Below, piece by piece: positions 19,607-29,620 of a stretch of 38,684 nt of DNA. The notes beneath the pieces were generated by a model that saw nothing but the letters and a program-made list of their open reading frames with translations, was not told where the DNA came from and made no database searches. Each line of letters opens with the position of its first letter. The stretch's first letter is position 1. Source of the DNA: Gemmatimonadales bacterium (lineage in GTDB: Bacteria > Gemmatimonadota > Gemmatimonadetes > Gemmatimonadales > GWC2-71-9); contig JBFJHJ010000031.1 of the NCBI GenBank assembly GCA_041613315.1, positions 1 to 38,684 of the forward strand, read 5' to 3'. The position numbers and the translations under genes were made by a program.

Positions 19607-20627
19607 CGTGTCCCGCCAGGCGCTCGACGGCCGGCACGAGCGGAGTGAGCCGCGCGAGCGCGGCGGCCTGACGCAGCACGGCGCGATGCGGTCGGGCTGG
19701 GTAGCCCGAGACTGTGTCACCGGGCGCGACGTCGCCGATGACGCCGCCCTGGGCGGCGACCCGTGCGCCCCGGCCTACCCGGAGGTGACCGGCGAGGCCG
19801 GCCTGGCCTCCCAGGATCACATCGTCCTCGACCACGGTGCTTCCGCCGATCCCGGCCTGGCCCATGATGATGCAGCGCTTGCCGACGCGGACGTTGTGGC
19901 CGATCTGCACGAGGTTGTCGATCTTGGTCCCCGCCCCCACGACCGTGTCGTCCACGCTGCCGCGGTCCACGGTACTGTTGCTTCCGACCTCGACGTCGTC
20001 GCCGAGCACGCAGCGCCCCACGTGGGGGATCAGCTCGGCGCCGGTGGCGGTGGCCACGAAGCCGAACCCGCTCCCCCCCACGCGGGCCCCTGCTTTCAGC
20101 ACGACGCGGTGGCCCAGCTCCGTGTTGCGATGGACCACGGCGTGCGCCCCGATCCGGCACCCGTCGCCCACCGTGACGCCGTCGTCGAGCACGGCGTAGG
20201 GCCCGATGACGCAGTCGGCGCCGAGACGGACGTCGCGCCCGACGCTCGCGTGCGCGCCGATCGCCACCCGTCCGCTCCAGCGGGCGCCGCGGCCGATACG
20301 CGCGGTCGGGTCGACGTCCCAGGCGGCCGGGGGGTCGGGATAGAGCCGGCGCAACACCGCCGTCAGGGCCTGGGCAGGATCGGCGACGACGATGCGGGTG
20401 GCCGGTCCAGGGGTCGTGTCGCGGAACGGCGGCGCCAACAGCACGGCTCCCGCCCGGGTGCGGCGAAAGTACGGGACGTAGCGGCGCGAGGCAAGAAAAG
20501 AAAGCTCGCCGGGGCCGGCGCGCTCCAGCGCGGCCACCCCGGCGAGCATAATGTCGCCCGGCCCGATCAGCTCGCCGCCGACCAGGTGGGCGACCTGGGT
20601 CGCGGTGAGACCGGAAGCGGTCTCCAC
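19593..20627 (-). CDS. lpxD: UDP-3-O-(3-hydroxyacyl)glucosamine N-acyltransferase
   Basis: LpxD N-terminal domain (AGPGELSFL), hexapeptide repeats, GFGF, IPHVG, VDRG, KIDNLVQIGHNV, GYPARP. Confidence 0.96.
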   Translation of the reverse strand: METASGLTATQVAHLVGGELIGPGDIMLAGVAALERAGPGELSFLASRRYVPYFRRTRAGAVLLAPPFRDTTPGPATRIVVADPAQALTAVLRRLYPDPPAAWDVDPTARIGRGARWSGRVAIGAHASVGRDVRLGADCVIGPYAVLDDGVTVGDGCRIGAHAVVHRNTELGHRVVLKAGARVGGSGFGFVATATGAELIPHVGRCVLGDDVEVGSNSTVDRGSVDDTVVGAGTKIDNLVQIGHNVRVGKRCIIMGQAGIGGSTVVEDDVILGGQAGLAGHLRVGRGARVAAQGGVIGDVAPGDTVSGYPARPHRAVLRQAAALARLTPLVPAVERLAGHDGGT

Positions 20628-20634
20628 CGACCCG

Positions 20635-21165
20635 TCACTGTCCGGCGCTGCTCAGCCGGCGGATCACGAGCGGAGTCAGATCCAGCGTCGGATCCGCTGA
20701 CACGATGCTGTTGGCTGGCGACGAGACGTCGAAGACCATCGCGAGATTGCGCTCGGCGCGCAGGCCGTCGATCACCCGCTGGATGCGATCCTCGAGCGGT
20801 GCCACCAGTTGCTGCCGCCGATCCTGCGCCCGCTGCGACAACTCTTGCGACCGCTGCTCAAACTGCTGCTGCATCCGTCGCAGCTCCTGCATACGCTCCT
20901 GCCGGGCGGTCGGCGACAGGACGACCGATTGCTGATCGAACTGCGCGACGGCGGAGTCGAGATTCCGCTGCAGGATCTCGACTTCTTTCCGGTAGCCCTC
21001 CATCTCCGCCGTAAACGTCGAGTCGGCCTGGCGATAGCCCGGGGTCTGGCGGAGGATCACCTCCGTGCTCACGAAGGCGACGCGCGGCGCATCCTGCGGT
21101 TGGGGGAGGGCCGCCACGCCCACGACGACAAGGACGATCAGGGCGGCCACTGTCCATCTAGCCAT
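20635..21165 (-). CDS. skp: Periplasmic chaperone Skp/OmpH
   Basis: Signal peptide, RVAFVS strand, long Q/E/R coiled coil, C-terminal VFD…DLTPLVI; lies between bamA and lpxD. ATG 21165 has a GGAG SD (alternative start 21183). Confidence 0.9.
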   Translation of the reverse strand: MARWTVAALIVLVVVGVAALPQPQDAPRVAFVSTEVILRQTPGYRQADSTFTAEMEGYRKEVEILQRNLDSAVAQFDQQSVVLSPTARQERMQELRRMQQQFEQRSQELSQRAQDRRQQLVAPLEDRIQRVIDGLRAERNLAMVFDVSSPANSIVSADPTLDLTPLVIRRLSSAGQ

Positions 21166-21201
21166 CTTACGCTCCAAGTACATGGTCCGATGCTCGTTCG
21201 T

Positions 21202-23571
21202 TTAGAAGAAGTTGCCAAGCTTGAAGTGGAATTTCCAACCTGGGTCCGGTTGGCCGTCGAGGCCGACGCGGTCGAACCCGTACGCGTAATCCAGCCCGAT
21301 GGGCCCGAGCGGTGTCACGAGGCTCACGCCCAGCCCCGCCCCGCGAAACAGGTGGGTCGGGTTGAACCGCGACGGACTCGCCCAAACGTTCCCCGCGTCG
21401 AAGAACGTGCTGATGTAGATGGCCTGGCTGATCCGCAGCCCGATCTCACCGGTCATGGCCAGGTAGGACTGGCCGAAGGCGTCCACGCCGCTGGCCCGCT
21501 GGCCGCGGGCCGTGGAGTCGAAGCCTTGCGGGGTGATGGAGAACTCCTCGTACCCCCGCAGCGGGATGCCGAATTGCGTGCCGCCCATCGCGAACAGCTG
21601 CCGGAAGTGCGGCCCCGGGTCGCCCCAGATGAAGCCCGTCTGCCCGCTCAGACCCAGCAGGATGGCCACCGGGCTGGCGAGCGGATTGTCCCCGCCCAGC
21701 TGCGCCAGGGGCGTGTACCACCGGCCCTCGAAGGTGGCGCGGCGGAAGTTGCCGCTGCCACCGATCGGGCCGCCGCTCTGCTGGAGCGTGAACCGGTGCA
21801 GCGCCCCCCCCGTGGCGAACGGGAGGCCGATCCGGGTGTCGCGCGTGAGTGTGAGCCCCACGCTCGAAAGCACGCAGTTGTCGCACACGAAGCTGCGCGC
21901 CGGTGATCTGAGGGTGGACGAGAAGTTGCTCTGTTCCAAGGTGTACGACACGAACAGCCGGGTGAACCGCGAGCCGCGCACGGGGAAGCCGAGTTGCAGG
22001 CTCCCGCCCCGAGACCGGATCTGCCCCAAGTCGGCCACGGTGAAGCGGAGCCGCGAGCTGTGCAGCGAGAGCGTGCCCGAAGTGAGACTCCCCCAGAGGG
22101 CGGGGTCCGTGTAGGAGACGTTGAAGTCGTTGATGTTCCGGCCGAACTGCCACTGGAGCGAAATCTGTTTTGCACGCCCGAACAGGTTGGGCTCCTGTAG
22201 GCCGATGAAGCCGCCCACACCCGTGCCCTGGCCGACCGAGGCGCCGAAGTTGACGTTGCCGGTGTGACGCTCGGCGACGTTGAAGATGACGTTGACGTCG
22301 CCCTGTTGGTTCGCCGGCTCCGTGGTGGGCGGCGGCAGCGGTTGCTCGAAGAAGCCGAGGTTCGAGATGTTCTGGTACGATCGCACGAGCAGGTTCTGGC
22401 GCAGCACGTCCCCGGGGACGAGGAGGATGGCGCGGCGCACGACGGCCTCGTGCGTCACCGTGTTGCCGCGGACGAGGATCTTGTTCACGATGGCGGGCCG
22501 CCCCTCCGCGATCTCCCAGCGGAGATCGACCACGTCACGTCCGTTGGTCGCCGTGCGGCGTGAGAGGTTCGGCTGGACGCGGGCGTAGATGTAGCCGTTG
22601 TCGGCGTACAGCGACTGCACCTGCTGGGTGGCGGCCTCCCACCGCGCACGGTCGAAGGCGACCGTGGCATCGTCGCTGCCGCCGAAGCCGAAGGGGTAAT
22701 ACCGCTCGAGCTGCTCGGTGGAGAACTGGCGGTTCCCTACGACGTCGAAGGTGCCGACCTCGTATCGTGCGCCCTCGTCGACGGTGAGAACCAGCGTGGC
22801 CTTGCCGGTTTCCTCATCGGTCGCCAGGCTGTCGCCGGTCACCTGGAAGTCGATATATCCGTTCGAGGCGTAAAACGCGGCCAGCTTTTCGCGGACATCG
22901 CGCTCCACGCTCTCGTCGGAGTACTCACCTTTGCGGAACCACCAGAACCCCTCCGGCTTGGACGCCATGTGGCTCACGACCTCGCCGTCGCTGAACCGCT
23001 CGTTGCCCTCGATGATGACCTGGCTGATGGTGACGCGCTGCCCCTCGCGGATGTCGAAGATCACACGGATCGTACCGTCCTCCTGAGGTAGTTCGCGCAG
23101 CGCGACCCGCGTGCCGTGGTACCCGTCCTTCGTGTAGAGGGAGTCGACGGCCGCGCGCGAGCGCGCGGCGGCGGCCGGGTCGTAAGGGCGCCCGGCCAGC
23201 AACGACACGCGGCCGCGGACCTTGCGGTCGGAGATGCGGGCGGGCCCGGTGACGGTCCAGCTGGTGAGCAGGGGGCGCTCCACCACCTCGATGGCGAGCA
23301 GCTGCTTTCCGTCGACGATGCCCTGCGCGATCTGCACGTCGGAGAACTGACCGGTCGCGTAGAGGTTGTCGATCGCGCGCTGCACGTCCCGGAAGGAGAT
23401 GGGCTCACTGACGGGGATGCCTGCCGCGGTGACGATGCTGCTGGGCACGACACGCTGGGCGCCGCGCACGATGATGCTGTCGGCGACCGTGAGCTGTCCG
23501 CCGCGGGTCTGGGCCCGCGCGGCCGGGCTGAGCGCCAGGGTGAGCGCCGCCCAGGCCAGGAGGGGCCGCAC
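21202..23571 (-). CDS. bamA: Outer membrane protein assembly factor BamA
   Basis: POTRA repeats (LYATGQFSDV, IEGNERFSD, VRGNTVT), NLFGRA, LRGY loop motif, TPLGPI, C-terminal FHFKLGNFF. Start GTG 23571. Confidence 0.96.
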   Translation of the reverse strand: MRPLLAWAALTLALSPAARAQTRGGQLTVADSIIVRGAQRVVPSSIVTAAGIPVSEPISFRDVQRAIDNLYATGQFSDVQIAQGIVDGKQLLAIEVVERPLLTSWTVTGPARISDRKVRGRVSLLAGRPYDPAAAARSRAAVDSLYTKDGYHGTRVALRELPQEDGTIRVIFDIREGQRVTISQVIIEGNERFSDGEVVSHMASKPEGFWWFRKGEYSDESVERDVREKLAAFYASNGYIDFQVTGDSLATDEETGKATLVLTVDEGARYEVGTFDVVGNRQFSTEQLERYYPFGFGGSDDATVAFDRARWEAATQQVQSLYADNGYIYARVQPNLSRRTATNGRDVVDLRWEIAEGRPAIVNKILVRGNTVTHEAVVRRAILLVPGDVLRQNLLVRSYQNISNLGFFEQPLPPPTTEPANQQGDVNVIFNVAERHTGNVNFGASVGQGTGVGGFIGLQEPNLFGRAKQISLQWQFGRNINDFNVSYTDPALWGSLTSGTLSLHSSRLRFTVADLGQIRSRGGSLQLGFPVRGSRFTRLFVSYTLEQSNFSSTLRSPARSFVCDNCVLSSVGLTLTRDTRIGLPFATGGALHRFTLQQSGGPIGGSGNFRRATFEGRWYTPLAQLGGDNPLASPVAILLGLSGQTGFIWGDPGPHFRQLFAMGGTQFGIPLRGYEEFSITPQGFDSTARGQRASGVDAFGQSYLAMTGEIGLRISQAIYISTFFDAGNVWASPSRFNPTHLFRGAGLGVSLVTPLGPIGLDYAYGFDRVGLDGQPDPGWKFHFKLGNFF

Positions 23572-23572
23572 G

Positions 23573-26044
23573 TTACGCTTTCGTCCCGGTGAGCGCCCGG
23601 AAGACCAGCTTCTCGCCGTCGGCACTGACGTCGATCTCGATCTCGTCGCCCGGCGTGAACTCGCCCATCAGGATCTTGTCGGACAACGGGTCCTCCACGA
23701 AGCGCTGAATCGCCCGCTTGAGTGGCCGAGCCCCATACGATTCGTCGTAGCCCCGCTCCACGAGGAACTCCGTGGCGGCCTGGGTCCGGGAGAGCACGTA
23801 TCCCTCGCCGCCGATGCGGTCCTGCACCTGGCGGAACACGATGTCCACGATCCGCGTGATGTGCTCGCGGTCGAGCGGGTGGAACACGATCACGTCGTCC
23901 AGCCGATTCAGGAACTCCGGGTTGAACACCCGGTTGACTTCGTCGCGCACCTTCTGGGCCATCACCTCGAACGACTGTTTGGCGTCGGGTTGCTCGAAGC
24001 CGAGCATCTTGTGCTTGGTGATGTCCCGGGCCCCGATGTTCGACGTCATGATCACCACGGTGTTCTTGAAGTCGATCTTGCGGCCGTAGTTGTCCGTGAG
24101 GTGCCCCTCGTCGAGCACCTGGAGCAGGATGTTGAACACGTCGGGGTGCGCCTTCTCGATCTCGTCGAGGAGGACCACGGAGTACGGTTTGCGGCGCACG
24201 GCCTTGGTGAGCGCCCCTGAGTCTTCGTACCCCACGTAGCCCGGCGGGGCCCCGATCAGGCGGCTGACGCTGAACTTCTCCATGTACTCCGACATGTCCA
24301 CCCGGATGAGCGCCTGGTCGTCGGCGAAGAGGAACCGCGCCAGCGCGCGCGCCAACTCGGTCTTCCCGACGCCGGTGGGGCCGCAAAAGACGAAGCTGCC
24401 GATGGGCCGGTGGGGGTCCTTGAGCCCCGCCCGGGAGCGACGGATCGCGCGGGCGATCGCCTCGATGGCCGGATCCTGGCCGACCACGAACTCGTGCAGC
24501 TCCTCTTCCATGCGCAGGAGGCGCTGCGTCTCGGCTTCCTGCAGCCGGGTCACCGGGATGCCGGTCCACCGCGACACGATGAAAGCCACGTCTTCTTCGT
24601 TGATGGTGGGCCGATGCGTCTGGCGCTCGCGGTCCCACTCCTCTTGCCGCTTGCGGATCTCCGCCTGCAGCTCCCGCTCCTGGTCGCGGAGCGCCGCGGC
24701 GCGCTCGAAGTTCTGGTCGCGGACCGCCTCCTCTTTGTCGCGGTTGATGTCCTCCAAGCGCTCCTTGAGCTTCGCCACCTCGGGCGGCGGCACTTGCGCC
24801 GCCAGCCGCGCCCGGGCCGACGCCTCGTCGATCACGTCGATCGCCTTGTCGGGCAGGAAGCGGTCCGTGATGTAGCGCTCCGAGAGCTTGGAGGCCGTGT
24901 CGAGCGTCTGGTCGGGAATCACCACGCGGTGGTGGTCCTCGTACCGTTGGCGGAGCCCCTTCAAGATCTCCAGGGTCTCGTCGATCGTCGGCGGGTCGAC
25001 GATCACGGTCTGGAAGCGCCGTTCGAGCGCCCCATCCTTCTCGATGTACTTGCGGTACTCGTTGAGGGTGGAAGCCCCGACGCACTGCAACTCGCCGCGC
25101 GCGAGCGCGGGCTTCAGCATGTTCGAGGCGTCAATGGCGCCTTCGGCGGCACCCGCCCCGACCAGGGTGTGGAGCTCGTCGATGAACAGGATGACGTTCT
25201 TGTTCTGGGCGATCTCGTTCATCACCGCCTTGAGCCGCTCCTCGAACTGCCCCCGGTACTTCGTACCGGCGATCACGGCGGCCATGTCGAGTGCCAGCAC
25301 CCGATGGCTCCTGAGGGAGTCGGGGCAGTTCCCCGAGGCGATCAGTTGCGCGAGACCCTCGACAATGGCGGTCTTGCCCACGCCCGCTTCCCCGATGAGC
25401 ACCGGGTTGTTCTTCTTCCGGCGCGACAACACCTCGATCACGCGCTCGATCTCTTTCTGGCGCCCGATCGTGGGGTCGAGTTGGCCCTCGCCCGCCAGCT
25501 GTGTCAGATCCCGGCAAAAGTGGTCCAGCGCGGGCGTCTTGGACTTCTTTTCCGGGCGCGCCCCCGCGGGCGCCCCCGCCCCTTTCGGGCCCGCCGGCAT
25601 GTCACTGCCCAGCAGCCGCAGCGTCTCGGCCCGCGCCTGCTCCAGGTTGACCCCGGCATCCGCCAGGACCTGGGCGGCGATGCCCTTCTCTTCGCGCAGG
25701 AGGCCCAACAACAGATGCTCGGTGCCGACATAGGAGTGGTTGAGCTCCCGGGCCTCGCTCATCGCCAGTTCCAGCACCTTCTTGGCCCGGGACGTGTACG
25801 GCAGGTCCGGGCCTTCCGGCGCGGGAGCTTTCCCCTTCTTCACCGTCTCTTCGATCTTCTGCTGAATCTCGTCGAGGTCCACGTTGAGGTTGGTCAGCAC
25901 GGCCGCGGCCACGCCTTCCCCCTCGCGGATGAGCCCGAGCAGGATGTGCTCGGTGCCGACGTATTCGTGGTGCAGGCGCGCGGCTTCCTCCCGCGCCATC
26001 TGCAGCACCTTCCGCACGCGATCGGTGAAGTTGTACCCGTTCAT
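23573..26044 (-). CDS. clpC: ATP-dependent Clp protease ATP-binding subunit ClpC
   Basis: Two Clp_N repeats (GTEHILLGL), AAA1 GEAGVGKT, short UVR-type M-domain ([11 protein letters not shown]), AAA2 GPTGVGKT, ClpP-docking LGF loop. Confidence 0.96.
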   Translation of the reverse strand: MNGYNFTDRVRKVLQMAREEAARLHHEYVGTEHILLGLIREGEGVAAAVLTNLNVDLDEIQQKIEETVKKGKAPAPEGPDLPYTSRAKKVLELAMSEARELNHSYVGTEHLLLGLLREEKGIAAQVLADAGVNLEQARAETLRLLGSDMPAGPKGAGAPAGARPEKKSKTPALDHFCRDLTQLAGEGQLDPTIGRQKEIERVIEVLSRRKKNNPVLIGEAGVGKTAIVEGLAQLIASGNCPDSLRSHRVLALDMAAVIAGTKYRGQFEERLKAVMNEIAQNKNVILFIDELHTLVGAGAAEGAIDASNMLKPALARGELQCVGASTLNEYRKYIEKDGALERRFQTVIVDPPTIDETLEILKGLRQRYEDHHRVVIPDQTLDTASKLSERYITDRFLPDKAIDVIDEASARARLAAQVPPPEVAKLKERLEDINRDKEEAVRDQNFERAAALRDQERELQAEIRKRQEEWDRERQTHRPTINEEDVAFIVSRWTGIPVTRLQEAETQRLLRMEEELHEFVVGQDPAIEAIARAIRRSRAGLKDPHRPIGSFVFCGPTGVGKTELARALARFLFADDQALIRVDMSEYMEKFSVSRLIGAPPGYVGYEDSGALTKAVRRKPYSVVLLDEIEKAHPDVFNILLQVLDEGHLTDNYGRKIDFKNTVVIMTSNIGARDITKHKMLGFEQPDAKQSFEVMAQKVRDEVNRVFNPEFLNRLDDVIVFHPLDREHITRIVDIVFRQVQDRIGGEGYVLSRTQAATEFLVERGYDESYGARPLKRAIQRFVEDPLSDKILMGEFTPGDEIEIDVSADGEKLVFRALTGTKA

Positions 26045-26077
26045 CGGTTCAATCGTCGTCCAGGTGACACCCGCAGC

Positions 26078-27181
26078 TCAGGCAGTCGTACCGCCGTTGC
26101 GCCGTCGGGCGGCGTCAGATTCCAGTACGCTCCGCACGAAGGTGGCGCGCATGACCGGCAACTCCGGATCGGACAGGCTCCGGCCCTCCAACTGCGCGAG
26201 GTGCGCCGGCTGCGTGAAGATCAGGAGCTTGTTCAATGCGTATACCCCGAGGTCGTCGATCAGGTTCAACCCCACACCGAGGCGCACGCCGCTCAGGAGG
26301 TTCATCGCCTCTTCGAACGAGAAGCTTCGGGCGTAACGCAGCAGGCCGTACGCGCGCCAGACCTTGTCGGCGATCACCGCGGGGGCCTCCCGCTGGAGGA
26401 CGTCCCGAGCCTGCTTCTCGTACTCGACCACCTGGCTCACCATCTTGCCGAGGTGGTCGAGCAACTCCTCCTCCGACTTCCCGAGCGTGGTCTGATTCGA
26501 GAGCTGGAAAAAGTTCCCGACGACCTCGCTCCCCTCGCCGTAGAGTCCACGGAACGTGAGCCCGACCTGCGAGAGCCCTTGAAGGACCTTGGCGATCTCC
26601 TTCGTCAGGACGAGCCCGGGCAGGTGAATCAGCACCGACGCACGCAACCCCGTCCCCGCGTTCGTCGGACACGACGTAAGGTAACCAAACTCGGGGTGGA
26701 ACGCGACGGGAAGGCGGCCGCCTAGATCGGCGTCCAGCCGCTCGAGCCGGGCATACGCGCGGGTGAGCGCAAACCCCGACTCGAGGCTCTGCAGCCGGAG
26801 GTGGTCCTCCTCGTTCACCATCACGCCGAGCTCTCCGTTGGTGAGGAGCGCTGCCCCATGCCGCACCCGGTCGGCGCGCTCGAGTCCCGCCAGCTCCTTG
26901 GACACGAGATGGCGCTCGTGCAAGAGCTGGCGCTCGACCCGGTCCAGCTCGTCGAGGCGGAACACGGCCGCGGCTTCCAGATCACGGGTTTGGCGGCTCG
27001 CGGCGATCACGCGGTCGAAGACGGCCTCCCGCTCGTGGTCGGGGGACCGAATCGTGAACGGCGTGCCCTGCAGATTCCGCGCGAGTCGGACGCGGGTCGA
27101 GAGCACGATGTTGCTCTCGGGTCCGCTCGCGTCCAGCCACGAGATGCCGCCGTCGGGAAGCAGGCTCAGGTCGAGCGTCAC
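26078..27181 (-). CDS. mcsB: Protein arginine kinase McsB
   Basis: STRVRLARN, ERHLVS, MVNEEDHLR, GYLTSCPTNAGTGLRASV, FRGLYGEGS, QLSNQTTLG. Start GTG 27181. Confidence 0.95.
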   Translation of the reverse strand: MTLDLSLLPDGGISWLDASGPESNIVLSTRVRLARNLQGTPFTIRSPDHEREAVFDRVIAASRQTRDLEAAAVFRLDELDRVERQLLHERHLVSKELAGLERADRVRHGAALLTNGELGVMVNEEDHLRLQSLESGFALTRAYARLERLDADLGGRLPVAFHPEFGYLTSCPTNAGTGLRASVLIHLPGLVLTKEIAKVLQGLSQVGLTFRGLYGEGSEVVGNFFQLSNQTTLGKSEEELLDHLGKMVSQVVEYEKQARDVLQREAPAVIADKVWRAYGLLRYARSFSFEEAMNLLSGVRLGVGLNLIDDLGVYALNKLLIFTQPAHLAQLEGRSLSDPELPVMRATFVRSVLESDAARRRNGGTTA

Positions 27182-27672
27182 TCGAGGCCCCGGATCTGAT
27201 CGCGCAACTGGGCGGCGAGTTCGAAGTTCTCCGTTTCCACCGCACGCCGCAGATTCTCCTGCAGCTCGTGTACCTGCCGCCGGGCGTCGTCCGCGGGCGC
27301 CGTGGGCGACAGGTACACCTCCCCCACATGCTGGCTCGATCCGTGGATCCGCCGCAGCAAGTCGCGCAGATGTGGGGCGAACGTCTCGTAGCAGTGCGGG
27401 CACCCCAGCCGGCCGGTGTCACGGAAATCCTGGAGCGTCGCCCCGCAGAAGCCGCAGCGACGCGTGTCCTCGCCCGGCGGAAGCGCGGCCGCCGCCCCCT
27501 TTCCCATCGTTGCCAGGAACCCGGACAGCGGGAACTTGGCCAAGCTCGCGCCGGTCTGCACGCCTTTTTCCGACGCGCACTGCTCGCACAGGTGGACCGT
27601 CGTGACCGAGTTGTCCACGATCTGCGTCAGGTGAATCGCCGCCGGCCGCTGGTTGCAGTTCTGGCACTGCAT
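27178..27672 (-). CDS. mcsA: Protein-arginine kinase activator McsA
   Basis: Four CxxC motifs (CQNC, CEQC, CGFC, GRLGCPHCY), RIHG, C-terminal UVR motif ENFELAAQLRDQI. Confidence 0.95.
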   Translation of the reverse strand: MQCQNCNQRPAAIHLTQIVDNSVTTVHLCEQCASEKGVQTGASLAKFPLSGFLATMGKGAAAALPPGEDTRRCGFCGATLQDFRDTGRLGCPHCYETFAPHLRDLLRRIHGSSQHVGEVYLSPTAPADDARRQVHELQENLRRAVETENFELAAQLRDQIRGLE

Positions 27673-28373
27673 CAGCGCAAGACCTCCGCCGAATCCACGG
27701 GCTGCAGGCGCCCGTTTTCCAGCAGCAGGGTGCGGTCGGTGCGCTCCGCGAGCGCGCGATTGTGCGTCACGATCACGAGCGCCGTCTCGAGCCGGCGCGT
27801 GAGATCGAAGAGCACGGTGTGGAGCCGCTCGCTGGTGGCGTGATCGAGGTTCCCGCTGGGCTCGTCCGCGAGCACGACGCGAGGGTCATTCGCCAACGCG
27901 CGGGCGACGGCGCAGCGCTGCTGCTCGCCGCCGGAGAGCTGCGGCGGCCGGTGCGCCATCCGGCCCGCCAACCCGACGGCCGCGAGCAGCTCCTCCGCCC
28001 GACTCTGCGCCCGGTCCTCTGACGCGCGGGCAATCAAGAGCGGCATCATCACGTTCTCGAGCGCGGTGAACTCCCGCAGCAGATGGTGGAACTGGAACAC
28101 GAATCCGACCGCCCGGTTGCGCAACGCATCGCGCTGCAATGGGGCGAGGGAGGCGTAGCACACGCCGTCCAGCACGACCTCCCCGCCCGACGGCTCGTCC
28201 ATCCCCCCCAGAAGATGTAACAGCGTGCTCTTCCCGGCGCCGCTCGCCCCCACGATCGCCACGACCTCCCCGCGCTGCACCGTGAGGTCCACGTGGTTCA
28301 GCACCTCGAGCAGCGACCCATCGCCGCCCCGGTAGGTCTTGCGCACGCCGCGCGCCTCGAGGATCGCGCTCAT
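27672..28373 (-). CDS. lolD: Lipoprotein-releasing ABC transporter ATP-binding protein LolD
   Basis: GASGAGKST, GFVFQFHHLL (LolD motif), LSGGEQQR, ADEPSGNLD. Start ATG 28373. Confidence 0.92.
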   Translation of the reverse strand: MSAILEARGVRKTYRGGDGSLLEVLNHVDLTVQRGEVVAIVGASGAGKSTLLHLLGGMDEPSGGEVVLDGVCYASLAPLQRDALRNRAVGFVFQFHHLLREFTALENVMMPLLIARASEDRAQSRAEELLAAVGLAGRMAHRPPQLSGGEQQRCAVARALANDPRVVLADEPSGNLDHATSERLHTVLFDLTRRLETALVIVTHNRALAERTDRTLLLENGRLQPVDSAEVLR

Positions 28374-29620
28374 TCGTACCGGATCGCCTCGACCGGATTG
28401 AGCCGCGCCGCCTGTCCCGCAGGGTACAGCGTTGCCAGGGTCGCCACCGTGACGCTCGCCACGATGATCACCAGGACGTCGAGCGGCTGGACCCGGACCG
28501 GCAAGTGATCGATGAAATAGACCGACTGCTCGAGGGCAATGAGCCGCTTCGCGTCGACCAGCCACGCCACCAGCATCCCCAGGCCGGTGCCGAGGGCCGT
28601 TCCGACGAGCCCGATCACCGCCCCCATGGTGACGAACACGCGGCGCACGTCCTGCGCCGGAAGGCCCATCGCCCGCAAGATCCCGATTTCCCGCGTCTTG
28701 TCGGTGACGACCATAGTGAGCGTGCTCACAATATTGAACGCCGCGACGACCACGATCAGCAGGAGAATCAGCCCCATGCCCAGTTTCTCCAGTTGCAGGG
28801 CGTGAAACAGCGTCTCGTTCTGCGTCTGCCAATCCACCGCCCGGAATGGGTAGCCGAGCCGATCCTCCAGCGCCCGGGCGACGATCGGCGCCTGCCACGG
28901 GTCGGTGACCCGGATCTCCAGTCCCGTGACCGCGCTCTCCAGACCGGCGAAGTCCTGCGCCAGTGCCCGCGGGAGCACGGCGTAGCCATTGTCGTACTCG
29001 TACATCCCGGTCTCGAAAAGGCCGGTCACCTCGAACGACCACCACCGCGGGACGAACGTACCCAGCGCCGGGTTGAACTTGCTGCCCGCTGCGGCAACGA
29101 CCGTTACCCGGTCGCCCGGGAACGCCGACAGCCGTTCGGCCACGCGGCGACCCAGCACGATCCCGCCGTCCACGTCGTCGCGGGTGGTGTGGAATCGGAG
29201 GTCGCCGGACACGAAGTGCCGCGCCAGGCTGGTCACCGCCATCGCGCCCGTGTCGGGCTCGATCCCGATGATGTAAGCGCCTTCCGCGTAGTCATGACCC
29301 GAGCTGATCAGCCCCTGCGTCAACACGAACGGGGCGACCGCGATCACCTCCGGCTCCCGCAACACGGAGTCGCGGACCGGCTCCCACGGGTCGAGCCGCA
29401 GGCCCTGGCCGTAGGTGAGCAGGCGCAGATGCGGGCTCGCCACGAGGATCTTGTCGCGCAGCTCGGTCTGGAGGCCGTTCATCACGCCCAACACGACGAT
29501 CAGCGCCATCACGCCGACGATCACGCCCCCCGTGGCGATCAGCGTGATGAGCGAGACCAGCCGCGAGGAGCGGCGGCTGCGCAGATACCGCGAGGCGATC
29601 CGGACGTCGAGACCGCTCAT
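28370..29620 (-). CDS. lolC: Lipoprotein-releasing ABC transporter permease LolC/E
   Basis: ASRYLRSRR, ALIVVLGVMNG, FETGMYEYD, VAAFNIVSTLTMVVTDKTREIGILRAMG, YPAxxAARLNPVEAIRYE. Confidence 0.9.
   Translation of the reverse strand: MSGLDVRIASRYLRSRRSSRLVSLITLIATGGVIVGVMALIVVLGVMNGLQTELRDKILVASPHLRLLTYGQGLRLDPWEPVRDSVLREPEVIAVAPFVLTQGLISSGHDYAEGAYIIGIEPDTGAMAVTSLARHFVSGDLRFHTTRDDVDGGIVLGRRVAERLSAFPGDRVTVVAAAGSKFNPALGTFVPRWWSFEVTGLFETGMYEYDNGYAVLPRALAQDFAGLESAVTGLEIRVTDPWQAPIVARALEDRLGYPFRAVDWQTQNETLFHALQLEKLGMGLILLLIVVVAAFNIVSTLTMVVTDKTREIGILRAMGLPAQDVRRVFVTMGAVIGLVGTALGTGLGMLVAWLVDAKRLIALEQSVYFIDHLPVRVQPLDVLVIIVASVTVATLATLYPAGQAARLNPVEAIRYE

Noticed and set aside
24410..26725. Long plus-strand ORFs (771 aa here; also 34383-36281, 29662-31227, 19557-21014 and others)
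   Set aside because: Antisense shadows of well-supported minus-strand genes, expected at high GC; no recognisable motifs.
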